This document shows positions 1-12,009 of a DNA stretch of 64,000 nt, one piece after another (position 1 is the first letter of the stretch; each line of letters starts with the position of its first letter). Source of the DNA: Ranitomeya imitator (taxonomy: Eukaryota); assembly GCF_032444005.1 (NCBI RefSeq), contig NC_091284.1, positions 14,942,001 through 15,006,000 of the forward strand, read 5' to 3'. A model generated the notes under the pieces. It did no database searches and had not been told where the DNA came from. It was given only the letters and a program-made list of their open reading frames with translations. Position numbers and translations under genes: made by a program.

Positions 1-747
1 CCCTTAAATAACACACAGCATTGCCACATCCGTAACAATGCATCGTATGAAGTGATTAAATTTTTTTATTCAGCACCGTGAACGCTTTTTTTTTTTTTAT
101 CCAGCCATGCAACAAATGAATTAAAAAGAGATAAAAAAAAGTCACGTGTCCCAAAAATGTACAGATTAAAAAAATACATCTTAAATTATGCAAAAAAAGA
201 AACAACAAACCCTCACACTGCTCTGTAAAAAGGAAAACAATAACGTTATCGCTCTCAGAATATTGAGACTAAAAGTGATAAGATTTGTTTTAGAAAGGAC
301 TTGTTCTCATGCAAAAGTAGTCAAACCAAAAACGTTATAAATTGGGTATTACAGTACGGTAATTGTATCGACCTCCAAAATAAAGCTGAAATGTTAAATA
401 TGCTGCACTGTGAATGCTGCAAAAAAAGAAAACATTTAAGATTTATTACATTTTTTTTCATCCTTAATAATAAAAAAGGGAAAAAAATGTGATCAAAAAG
501 TCGTCATTATCCAGAAATGGCGCAAATGAAAATGACAGATTGTCCTGCGGAAAATGAGCCCTAACAAAGTTCTGTCTACAGGCAATAAAAAAAGGGGGAT
601 AGGTCTCAAAAAAAGATTTCTCTTATCAGTGATCCACAGACAGGAAAACAATGTGAACGGCGTCAGGTATAAAATATAAAAAGAAAAAGAAACACGGCAG
701 GAAAGCAGTTCTCAGTATTTATAAAAAGTTAATAAAAAGTAATGTTA

Positions 748-1076
748 GGGTACGTTTAGACTAGCGTTGTGCTAGTGTGCGTCGGCGCCGCGTCGGGCGA
801 CGCAGCGGCGACGCACGCGTCATGCGCCCCTATGTTTAACATGGGGGGCGCATGCGTTTTTGCTTGTTGCGTTTTGCGACAAATGCGTCTTTTTTGCCGC
901 AAGCGTCGGACCAAGAAAACGCAACAAGTTGCATTTTTCTTGCGTCCGATTTTCGGCAAAAAACGACGCACGCGTCGCAAAACGCAGCGTTTTTGCGTGC
1001 GTTTTGCCGCGTTTTTCGGTGCGTTGTGCGTCGCGTCGCCAACGCAGCGGCGCACAACGCTAGTCTGAACGTAGCC
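748..1076. mobile_element. PIF/Harbinger (Tourist-like) MITE, largely palindromic and CpG-rich
   Basis: TIRs GGGTACGTTTAGACTAGCGTTGTGC / GCACAACGCTAGTCTGAACGTAGCC, flanked by TTA on both sides (745-747, 1077-1079). Confidence 0.8.
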
Positions 1077-1568
1077 TTATATGGATCCCAATACTAAACC
1101 CCGGACAAACAGCTACAGCCACACCCAGATAATGATAAGAAAAGCTTCTTTCAAAAATGGGCCTGAACTGAAGGTGTTAATGTACAGTGGGTGCGGAAAG
1201 TATTCAGACCCCCTAAACATTTTTCACTCTTTGATTCATTGCAGCCATTTGGTAAATTGAAAAAAGTTCATTTTGTCTCATTAATGCGCACTCTGCACCC
1301 CATCTTGACTGAAAAAAAACCAGAAATGTAGAAATTTTTGCAAATTTAATAAAAAAGAAAAATTGAAATATCCCATGGTCATAAGTCTTCACCCCTTTGC
1401 TCAGACACTCATATGTAAGTCACATGCTGTCCATTTCCTTGTGATCCTCCTTGAGATGGTTCTACGCCTTCTTTGGAGTCCAGCTGTGTGTAATTAATCT
1501 GATAGGACTTGATTTGGGAAGACGCACACCTGTCTATATAAGACCCCACAGCTCACAGTGCATGTCAG

Positions 1569-2346
1569 TGAAGCGATGGCCGGGGGACCACCACGGTGCA
1601 GGAAGACTACTGTACACAAGATGAGGTGCGAGCAACAAAGCGTAGATTTATTGGAAGGCAAGGAATGAAGGGAATGAGGAAGATGCAAACAGGGGTATAC
1701 AATGGCAAGAGACCATTTACAAGAGTAATAAACTTTATCTTTTCCGTAAAATAGCACGGTGCTCCAACTATTGCAGACTCAAAATATGTCTAACAAGCAA
1801 ATGTAAACAACAAACAAGTGATGATGCTACTCTACGTATAACCTCCCTGGCCTTTACTACGCAGGCCACATGGCTCCCGTGTACTGACTATTGAAGCCTA
1901 CACTAGGCCTTAACAGGTGCACAAAACAGGAACAAACTCACGGTGATGTAGGAGAATCAGGTCCAGTCCCAGGGGGGCCCCCCAGCAGTCTAATACGGTG
2001 GTGCGCACGGCTTTCTGTCAGCTCTGTGAAATGTGGTCTTCTCCTTGCTCCTGGATCCTAGGGATGCTCCTGGAAATCCCTTTCTCTGTATCTTCGTGGC
2101 TCTCTTGCAGCTATAACAGGACACAGTTCTTCTCTCTTTCAGCTATCAGCACAAAAAGTCCTCTCTGCAGCAGCCTCAGCTCACACACGCTGCTCCAGCT
2201 CCACCCCTGCACTCTGCACAGAATAGTTCATTACAACGATTATTACAGGGGAGAAGCAGAACATTCCATCACCACAGACAAGGGGGTGCAGCCTCTTAAA
2301 GTGACAGCGTGTTCCTTACTGTCCATAACACCGCCACCCTCTTACA
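1569..2346. mobile_element. Solo LTR (778 bp) inserted in the Tc1 element
   Basis: TG...CA ends with a 4-bp TSD TCAG (1565-1568, 2347-2350). The uninterrupted site is visible in the related Tc1 copy near 57760-57790 (minus). Confidence 0.8.
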
Positions 2347-2364
2347 TCAGACCAAAAGAAAATC

Positions 2365-3330
2365 ATGAGGTCAAAGGAACTGGCCAAGGAGCTCAGAGAC
2401 AGAATTGTGGCAAGACACAGATCTGGCCAAGGTTACACCAGGATTTCTGCAGTACTCAAGGTTCCTAAGTGCATAGTGGCCTCCATAATCCTTAAATGGA
2501 AGAAGTTTGGGACCACCAGAAGTCTTCCTAGACCTGACCGTCCAGCCAAACTGAGCAATCGTGGGAGAAGAGCCTTGGTGAGAGGTAAAGAAGAAGCCCA
2601 AGATCACTGTGGCTGAGCTCCAGAGATGCAGTAGGGAGATGGGAGAAAGTTCCACAAAGTCAATTATCCCTGCAGCCTCCACCAGTCGGGCCTTTATGGC
2701 AGAGTGGTCCAACGGAAGCCTCTCCTCAGTGCAAGACATGAAAGCCACATAGAGTTTGCTACAAAACACATGACGGACTCCCAGACTATGAGAAATAAGA
2801 TTCTCTGGTCTGATGAGATGAAGATAGACCTTTATGGTGATAATTCTAAGCTGTATGTGTGGAGAAAACCAGACACTGCTCATCACCTGCCCAATACAAT
2901 CCCTACAGTGAAACATGGTGGTGGCAGCATCATGCTATGGGGGTGTTTTTCAGCTGCAGGGACAGGACGACTGGTTGTCATTGAAGGAAACATGAATGCG
3001 GCCAAGTACAGAGATATCCTGGATGAAAACCTCTTCCAGAGTGCTCTGGACCTCAGACTTGGCCAAAGGTTCACCTTCCAACAAGACAATGACCCTTCAT
3101 GGCTTCAGAACAACTCTGTGACCATTCTTGACTGGCCCAGCCAGAGTTCTGGCCAAAACCTAATGGAGCTTCTCTGGAGAGACCTGCAAATGGCTGTCCA
3201 CCAACGTTCACCATCCAACCTGACGGAACTGGAGAGGATCTGCAAGGAAGAATGGCCGAGGATCCCCAAATCCAGGGGTGAAAAACTTGTTGCATCATTC
3301 CCAAGAAGAATCATGGCTGTACGAGCTTAA
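2365..3330 (+). pseudogene. Tc1 DD(34)E transposase, frameshifted
   Basis: N-terminal MRSKELAKELRDRIVARHRSGQGY paired-type HTH; WSDE, KHGGGSIMLWGCF and FQQDND motifs; split across ORFs 2365-2616 and 2704-3330, with a deletion after QQDNDP. Confidence 0.9.
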
Positions 3331-3589
3331 AAGGTGCTTCTACCCAATACTGAGCAAAGGGGCTGAAGACTTATGACCATGGGATAGTTCAGTTTTTCTT
3401 TTTTAATAAATTTGCAAAAATGTCTACATTTTTGTTTTTTTTTCAGTCAAGATGGGGTGCAGAGTGAACATTAATGAGGAAAAATGAACTTTTTTTGAAT
3501 TTACCAAATGGCTGCAATGAAACAAAGAGTGAAAATTGTAAAGGGTTCTAAATACTTTCCGTACCCACTGTATAATGTCAGCGACTCAC

Positions 3590-3644
3590 CTCCTCCTTCT
3601 CATTATTATCTGTGCTTGTTTGGTGAATCTGAGAGGGAATCGTC
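3590..3644 (-). CDS. Cytoplasmic exon of a CD200R-like receptor ([K]TIPSQIHQTSTDNNEKEE)
   Basis: Acceptor ctctctttttacAG, donor GTgagtc; 55 bp; phase-2 start matches the phase-2 end of the TM exon; phase-0 end. Confidence 0.7.
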
Positions 3645-3711
3645 CTGTAAAAAGAGAGTGAAAAAAACATAAAGAAACAGGACAGAGAAACATTGCATCA
3701 TGTCCCATAAT

Positions 3712-4975
3712 CAGCACTCGGACCAGCAGAATAGTGAGTGCAGCTCTGGAGTATAATACATGATGTAAATCAGGATCAGTAATGTAATGTAATGTATGTA
3801 CACAGTGACTGCACCAGCAGAATAGTGAGTGCAGCTCTGGGGTATAATACAGGATGTAACTCAGGATCAGTAATGTAATGTATGTACACAGTGACTGCAC
3901 CAGCAGAATAGTGAGTGCAGCTCTGGGGTATAATACAGGATTTAACTCAGGATCAGTAATGTAATGTATGTACACAGTGACTGCACCAGCAGAATAGTGA
4001 GTGCAGCTCTGGGGTATAATACAGGATGTAACTCAGGATCAGTAATGTAATGTAATGTATGTACACAGTGACTGCACCAGCAGAATAGTGAGTGCAGCTC
4101 TGGGGTATAATACAGGATGTAACTCAGGATCAGTAATGTAATGTATGTACACAGTGACTGCACCAGCAGAATAGTGAGTGCAGCTCTGGGGTATAATACA
4201 GGATTTAACTCAGGATCAGTAATGTAATGTATGTACACAGTGACTGCACCAGCAGAATAGTGAGTGCAGCTCTGGGGTATAATACAGGATGTAACTCAGG
4301 ATCAGTAATGTAATGTATGTACACAGTGACTGCACCAGCAGAATAGTGAGTGCAGCTCTGGGGTATAATACAGGAGGTAACTCAGGATCAGTAATGTAAT
4401 GTATGTACACAGTGACTGCACCAGCAGAATAGTGAGTGCAGCTCTGGGGTATAATACAGGAGGTAACTCAGGATCAGTAATGTATGTACACAGTGACTGC
4501 ACCAGCAGAATAGTGAGTGCAGCTCTGGAGTATAATACAGGATGTAACTCAGGATCAGTAATGTAATGTATGTACACAGTGACTGCACCAGCAGAATAGT
4601 GAGTGCAGCTCTGGGGTATAATACAGGATGTAACTCAGGATCAGTAATGTAATGTATGTACACAGTGACTGCACCAGCAGAATAGTGAGTGCAGCTCTGG
4701 GGTATAATACAGGATTTAACTCAGGATCAGTAATGTAATGTATGTACACAGTGACTGCACCAGCAGAATAGTGAGTGCAGCTCTGGGGTATAATACAGGA
4801 TGTAACTCAGGATCAGTAATGTAATGTATGTACACAGTGACTGCACCAGCAGAATAGTGAGTGCAGCTCTGGGGTATAATACAGGATGTAACTCAGGATC
4901 AGTAATGTAATGTATGTACACAGTGACTGCACCAGCAGAATAGTGAGTGCAGCTCTGGAGTATAATGCAAGATGT
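3712..4975. repeat. Tandem array, ~86-bp unit, ~14 copies
   Basis: Unit TCAGGATCAGTAATGTAATGTATGTACACAGTGACTGCACCAGCAGAATAGTGAGTGCAGCTCTGGGGTATAATACAGGATGTAAC, with TGTAA copy-number variants. Confidence 0.95.
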
Positions 4976-6760
4976 GACTTAATCAGTTAGTGCACCATTA
5001 ACAATATAACTCAGGTTGTTCCTGTGCTGTTGGAGCTGCTGTTCCCAATTTTGTGTCCACTGTAGCCAATCAACAGTCCCTGATCTCCTGCAGCTTTAGA
5101 ATATTTCACCAGACCGTTCATTTCTTCTGATAAAATAGTAAAGAGTGCAGTCAGTAAGCAGTCACAGATTGGCTGCAGCAGTCACTTGACACAAAAATGG
5201 GAACAGTGTCGCCCATTTCACTGTATTTGCGGCTCTGCAGGAGGTGAGTGATTGATGAATGATGAAGCTGGTGTTGTCCAGGAATAGACAATTATATGAA
5301 TGGGATTCTGTCGCCCCCAAAACGGAAACTGAACCACTTATACATTCATCTAGAGGCCTCCAGATGAATGTATAAGAATCACACATGTGATAAAGATTTT
5401 TCTTATTTTGTTTTCTGGCTATCCATCTTATTATATACATAAATGAGGGGGCTTCAGGCACCAGGGGGGCACCGCTCCATCACCTCAATTATAATCGTCT
5501 GCCCCTCCGCTGATGACGATTGACAGTGCTCCAAGGTGCACTGCCTATAGTGAACCCTTAGCCCTCCATGTAGGCTCGCACAGCACCGTGGAGAGGTGAC
5601 CACACGTTCTGCAGAAACCGAGTGCACAGGGTGAGGAGCAAGAGCCACGATACTGAGTAGTGGCTAATACATGAGGAGTGCAGACATCTTGAACTGTGTT
5701 CTGCACCAGATTACAGAGGGAGGATTACCGTAACTGTCCTTGGTATAGGAGATGGACCGCTGATATAGAAGATGAGAAGGAGACCACCCTGACAGAAAGT
5801 GTCCCCCTGAAAGTAGGTAGGAGCTGCCTGACATCCAGGTGAGCGGACCTGAGAGAATGTGATATGTCCATAGTTAGGAGACAGGAATCCAGGAGAGTGT
5901 TGCCCTAAGGCAGAGTGCCGGTTGGTGAGGGCTCAAAGGGACTTTCAGGAGCTGCCAGTGGACTAAGTATATCTGAGGGGTGTGAGACCCCCGGGGAGTA
6001 ATGGACCTCACTGTGACCTGTATGGAGAGCTTCAACAGTGTGTGATGGAGGATAGATGGTGGCACGAGCCCAGGCACACCACAGACCATGGAAAAGTGGG
6101 GAATGGCTGCAGAAATGCTTCATGGGTATTGACGTCTGAATTAGTATAAGTACAAGTGGTTACATAGTGGATGCAAATGAAGCCATTTGGAACTGGTCCT
6201 ATCGACCAGCTTCTTAATGGGGATCCAATGCGTGCTCGGTGTACACCGCAGGGACGGACATCCAGTCTGCGTCCTCCTTACTGGTATTTATAAATACATC
6301 TATCACTCCTCTGTGGGTCATTTGCATTTAAGCTGTTCCATCCAGCATGTCCACATGGATATTCTGTCTCTGAACCCTGCTTATGCAGGTACTATACAGA
6401 TGATCAGGTTTTAAATACATCAGATAGGGATTATATACATTAGGTAGGACTGCTCTATATGGGTATACCTTGACAATTGGTGGAGCAAAAAAAACGTATT
6501 AACTAAATACCCTGTTTTTTTCCATCTTTTGACAAGCAGCACTTGCTTATTACTGTGATTTTTTTTTACAACAGAGTATTTTTGACCTCACTGTGCTTTT
6601 TTGTGTCTTCAAGTGTTTTGGTGGTGTGAACAGGTTCCTACAGACTTGTTCAATGTGCAAGTAGCCCATGTGTTTTTGGTATTCATAAATGCTGGAGGCC
6701 GCCGGTTATTTTCCCCTTTTGGCCCATCACATGTATAATGATGATTAGGGGTTCACTTAC

Positions 6761-6866
6761 TTGTGGTTTGTACAGAACTTCCAATAAATAATGCCAGCTA
6801 TAATAACCAATATAATTGCTCCCGTTACTGAACACAATATAGAAATGATTTTGTTGCTGGACGGCT
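6761..6866 (-). CDS. Transmembrane exon of a CD200R-like receptor ([E]PSSNKIISILCSVTGAIILVIIAGIIYWKFCTNH[K])
   Basis: Acceptor ctctcttttttttttcAG, donor GTaagt; 106 bp; phase 1 start, phase 2 end; ~22-aa hydrophobic helix followed by WK. Confidence 0.85.
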
Positions 6867-7801
6867 CTGAAAAAAAAAAGAGAGAACAATAAGACACTTG
6901 TTCTGCAGATTGGAAACTAGAAGGAGTCGGGCGATGTCTCCCGGAATGACCTGATACCAGACCGGTTCCCTCCGCTATGTGGTCGGTACGTGCAGCAGAG
7001 TACATGGAAGGGACAAACATCACAACATCCCTGAGAAACCATAGAAACCGCTCATACACGCTCTGACCATGATGTCAGCCATCCGTGACTCCGTCCACTG
7101 CAGGTTTCTACAAACCAGTCGCATTTGTATGCCACATACACACAATGGATTGGTGCGTGCCCGTCAGATGTAAACCGGTCAGAGGCCTGTAATCTGCGGC
7201 TCTTCACCAGTAATTATGAATCTAGAGATAAGCAAATCTGTGGAAATTCATATTCAGATGATTCACCCAAATGTAGCTGGAAAATGTAGATAGTATTAAA
7301 TAAATTCAGTGCAAATTGACCAGGAAGGTAAAAACAGAACCTCTTGCTCCTCAGCCCGCGTCTCACATGTCCTACCACTGTCGATCCTCCGATCAGCTCA
7401 TCAGTCTTCTATCTTCTCTTTTTCTCCAGGTGTTGTTCACCAGGTCCCTCTCTGACACTGGCTATAACGTACTGACCTCGTTGCCTCACCCCAGAGGAGC
7501 AATATCCATCATGAACGAGCAGTGAAGGGCCTAGTGAAGAACAACCGTGCAAGACGCCAGGAAAGGGAAAAACATAAAAGAGAGAAGGCAGAGGAGCCAA
7601 TCGGAGGATGAAGACAGAGGAGTATAAGATTTTATAAAACTGGCATTTATGCATCAAATTTGTGCTGGAAATTGTATGGATCAAGTTCTGGAGAACCTGA
7701 ATTTTTTGGAAATTACAATCTACAGTCCCCTGGAGTCTGCTGATTTCCTAACCTGCAGAGAGTTGTAGTCAATGGTACAAATGTTGAGGGCATGGATGGA
7801 T

Positions 7802-8864
7802 TGTAATGAAGACAATCTAGGTTATCGCCCAGGGCCCAAGGCTAGATTACCATCATAATGTTTGACACACCACCATCAGTGGCGCACATCTCTGGGCAGG
7901 GAGCTTTCCTGCCAACAATACAGAATGGCAGCACAGCTCCAAGGGTGCTCCCTTCACCTTTTCGGTCATGTGCTGGTGATGACCTTATCAGCCGGCACCG
8001 GGCAATGAGGTCTGGAACGCACATGGTTGTGCCACGGTCCAGGGATAGCCTGAGCGGCGTAACTAACTGAGCACCTGACTCTTTGCTTGAGACCCCGATG
8101 GTGGGGTCAGACTTGGCTCCAGGTGCTACTCCAGGACGGACCCATGGAGCCATGACAGCTGACCACCACGGGGGACAGGGAAGCAAGGCCGGTCAATGAC
8201 TGGTTAGCAGGCATGATCCAAGCAGGGCTGGAACAGGGACATGAGACCACCACAAGACGGGATCTCATATGCAGGTTCTCAGGTGCCGGTTCAGACAGGG
8301 TAGATAAGCGCAACAGGTACAGATCAGAAAGATCAGGATTGGGACAAAGCACATGTGGGACGGATTCGGGTATAGATAAAGCAGGAAAGACTGGGACAAA
8401 TACAGACAGGGCGGATTGGATCAAGAGCACTAACTAACTAAGTTGCTAAGACACCTCCCAACAGAGGATGATATCTTCAAGAGGTCTCCCAGTTATTGGC
8501 TGGGGACGTCTTTAGCAGTGTGTGCGCTGGCCCTTTAAAAGTCAGAGAGTGTGCGCGCCCTAAGCACACTCCCAGGAGATCTGCGCGCCATGCGCAAGCA
8601 TTTGGAATAGACAGACACAGAGAGAGCGTGGATGGGTGATCAGACACACCAGCGTCCCTGCAGGGAGAGGACACGTGCAGGGATGCCGACGGTGTCCTAA
8701 CCCTGTCATTGTGCCGACATGTACATGATGGCCACAAGGAGAAGTGGAGCTGCAGGTGATCGTCTGGAGAGGTAAATATTATAAACATTTTTAATAAAAT
8801 AATTGAAGTGACCGCAGTCTCCGCCTCCTGGTGATTTGAGATTCTCAAACGAAGCGTCATCACA
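7802..8864. mobile_element. Old LTR-like segment (probable degenerate solo LTR)
   Basis: TGTAATGA...TCATCACA imperfect terminal inverted repeat; no clean TSD; non-coding. Confidence 0.35.
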
Positions 8865-10134
8865 CGGAAAGTAGTAGAAAAAATATCAGTTGGATAATGT
8901 AGTGGGGGAAGGATAGGGAATTTTTAATTTTAAGTATATTACAAAAAGATTAGATTATAGCATTAAATAGATAGAATTTAGGATGAAAACAAAGCTTAGG
9001 TTTGGAGCACCTCTTTAACTAATGCGCACTGAGTGATCTGCCCCATATCATCCAATTTTGTTATACAGTGGGGAGAATACGAATCTGATCCACTGCTAAT
9101 TTTCCCACCTACAGAGAATGGAGAGGTCTATTATTTTTATTGTAGGTACACTTCACCTGTGAGAGACAGAATCTAAAAATAAAATCCAGAATATCACATT
9201 GTAGGATCGTTACATAATTAATTTGCATTTTATTACATGAAATAAGTATTTGATCACCAACCAGTGTGTATTCTGCTCTCACAGACCTGTTAGTTTTTCT
9301 GTAAGAAGCCTCCATTTCTGCACTTGTATTATTTGCACCTTGTGACGGGGTGTACGGCAGAGCAAGTAGGGACAACAGGCCGAGGGATGATTCAACAGAT
9401 TTATTATCAAGAACGCTGGAACAACACATGCAGGTAGATCTACAGAGTCCACAATTAGTCCAATGGAACAGGTTCGGGGGCACCTCCCGATAATCCTTGT
9501 GCCAGGTAACAAAGCAATAGTCCAAGGGATCCCAAATCTCACAAACGACAAGATATGTCCTCAGCTCAAGTCTCGCCCCGTTCGCTTCCACAGTCCTAGA
9601 TGGGCGTGGGGTCTTGCCTCAGCTAAGAATCCTCACTCCTTCTCCTTCAAGGATCAACTCACATCTGATCTCAAAATAAGAATGGATTGTCTGAGCTCCT
9701 GGGATCCGCCCATGAAGGGGAGTAGGGGTCACACCTTCTATTCAATGGTTGGGTCCACCAGAAGATTCTAGACTGGTGGGCTCCACATAGTCTATGTAGT
9801 ATGTACATTTGACTAGCCACCTGCTGTGAGGAAGAATGGCTATTCCTCCACTAGTGATGTTGACAAAGCTTAATTACATTAGAGCTTAGGGCTGCAAGTA
9901 TTGGTGGAAGGAGACATTGTTACAGGTGAACTCCCAGCCAAGAAAATACATAAATTACAGCTAATAGAAACCAGAGAACAGTTACATACATCAAATGGCA
10001 TATTATTTAAATACAGGACAGGGCAAAAGTACATATCACGACAATCCCTTCCCCTCCCAATTTGTGTACGTACCAGGGACCTCTACAGGTCGCTGGTTAA
10101 GTACACACAGGAGGAGCGTAACTTACATGTGGCT

Positions 10135-10605
10135 TCATGCAGCCACAAATTGACATCTTAGCTCTCCCACATCATTGCCCAGGAGAACATCTGCAGGCAG
10201 ACCACCCATCACCCCAACCACACATTGCCTGACCCCAAAACCAAAGTTCAGATCCACAGTGGCTGTGGGAATAGTCCTCCATTGTCCACCAGCCAGTTCA
10301 ATGACAATCCCAGGTCCTCGATGGATTGCCTCAGGCCGAACCACTCGGGGATCAGCCAGTGTGAGGAAAGCCCCTGAGTCACAAAATCCAATAAGTCTCT
10401 GTCCATCCAGCACGACCTCCTGCAAGTGCTTACCTCGATGAGCAGAAGTCGTCATAGCTGCGGGTCGCACACCATAAACTCCTAGTGGTGCAACATGGGT
10501 GGGTGAGGCACTAGGCCAGTCCTCACGTAGTGGTGACACGTCGTCCTCCATGGCACTTGGGTGTACATAATTAATAATATGACTGGGTACAGGATTAATC
10601 CTCAT
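10135..10605 (-). pseudogene. Retropepsin-type aspartic protease, separated from gag by stops/frameshifts
   Basis: LIGFCDSGAFLTL (D-S-G active site) and DVLLGND (ILG.D motif). Confidence 0.8.
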
Positions 10606-10851
10606 TTGAACAGCTGGGCAGGAGGCTTGCAGATGCCCCGGCTGTCCACATCGATAGCATCTCTGCTGGGTCTCACTCCATCCAAGGCGTCCTCTTGGGC
10701 GAGGGGTAAGGGAACCTGGAGGCCGGCTTCCACCTGAAGGTGCTGTAGGGGTTTGAGGACGACTTCTCCATGAGCTGGCTGGGCATGAGGCCTGCAGATG
10801 CCCCAGATGCCCACAACCATAACACTTGCGCTCTGCTACTTCCTCTCCTCG

Positions 10852-12009
10852 TCATATTCCAGAAAACGCAGTAGAAGCAACTGGAGGCACATTTACATGG
10901 GTATCAGCATGAGGTGGTGGCTTAGAGGAACGGGGAACAATGGGGACAGAAGAACAGGGGGCCACCGGTGTTGTGGAGCTGGTAGGCCTCTCTCCATCCT
11001 CCAACAGAACCCTCCACTGAGGCTTGATGATGAGAGCCTCATCAGCTAGAGCTGCAGCTTCCTCCACAGTGGCTGGTCTCCTCTCACGCACCCATTCCCG
11101 GATCTCAGCAGGGCACTTGAAGTAAAACTGCTCTTTTAGGATAACCTGGAGGAAGGTCTCCCAGGTTAAGGCCTCCTCTGCCTCCAGCCAGCGATTACAT
11201 ATTTGTTTGAGTCTGTGGGCATACATCTTGAAAGACACTTCCTCATCACAGGCTAAAGTACGGAACTGAGTCCTGTAAGTGTCTGGGGTAACAGCATAAT
11301 GTTCTAGAATAGTCCGTTTAATCTCCGCATACTCACAGTTCCCCTGAGGGTCCATAGCTCTATAGGCTGTGGCAGCTCCACCCTCTAAGAGCCCCACCAG
11401 ATGTCGGACTCGGTCCCTTTCCGGGACTTCCATTAATCGACACTGATGCTCAAAGTCCTGGAAGAAGCCCTCAATATCGCCTGCAGCCTCATTAAAGGGC
11501 TTGAAGTCTTTGCGGGACACTCTGGGGAGTTCCCTCATGGTGGGTGCTGGGGTTAGAGTCTGTCTGGAGCTTCTAGCTGCTTCCAAAGCGATCTGCCTCT
11601 CCAGCAATGCCATCTCCTGAGCTCTGTCCTCGGCTCTGTGAATGGCCTCCCTCTCCTCGGCTCTGTGAATGGCCTCCCTCTCCCTCTCCTGAGCTCGGTG
11701 AATGGCCTCTTTCTTATAGTCTATGGTGGCCTCTTCTCCCAGCAATGCCAACTCCTCCTCGTACCACACAACCCACTGACTTTTTAGGGTATTTACCTCT
11801 GGCTGCAGTCTTTCCTCCATTTGCTGTGAGGATCCTTCCTCAGCGTCATCTTGCAGGCGAACTCCTTCCAAAGCCTCAATAAGCTGCTCCTTGGAGAGTC
11901 CCTTAAAACGGACTCCTACTTCACGGGCCTTTGATTGTAGGCTCCCCAAAGTCCAGATCTTGTACTCTGCGGTGCTGGTTCCCGATGTTGATGGGCCTTT
12001 GTCCTCCAT
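10852..12009 (-). CDS. Gag with a SCAN-like capsid C-terminal domain
   Basis: Starts MEDKGPSTSG; contains LKEQFYFKCPAEIREWVRERRPATVEEAAALADE, which fits the SCAN consensus LEQF..LP.E...WV....P....A..LA. Confidence 0.8.
   Translation of the reverse strand: MEDKGPSTSGTSTAEYKIWTLGSLQSKAREVGVRFKGLSKEQLIEALEGVRLQDDAEEGSSQQMEERLQPEVNTLKSQWVVWYEEELALLGEEATIDYKKEAIHRAQEREREAIHRAEEREAIHRAEDRAQEMALLERQIALEAARSSRQTLTPAPTMRELPRVSRKDFKPFNEAAGDIEGFFQDFEHQCRLMEVPERDRVRHLVGLLEGGAATAYRAMDPQGNCEYAEIKRTILEHYAVTPDTYRTQFRTLACDEEVSFKMYAHRLKQICNRWLEAEEALTWETFLQVILKEQFYFKCPAEIREWVRERRPATVEEAAALADEALIIKPQWRVLLEDGERPTSSTTPVAPCSSVPIVPRSSKPPPHADTHVNVPPVASTAFSGI

Larger units (their letters stand above)
1185..3570 (+). 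mobile_element. Tc1/mariner DNA transposon with long (~200 bp) TIRs, interrupted by a solo LTR
   Basis: TA|CAGTGGGTGCGGAAAGTATT ... AATACTTTCCGTACCCACTG|TA ends; transposase relic inside. Confidence 0.92.

Noticed and set aside
3586-4921. Repeated ORFs MYIHYITDPEL...
   Set aside because: Translations of the 86-bp satellite; not genes.
3712-4975. Possible CRISPR-like array
   Set aside because: There are no unique spacers, the units are near-identical, and the context is eukaryotic with no cas genes.
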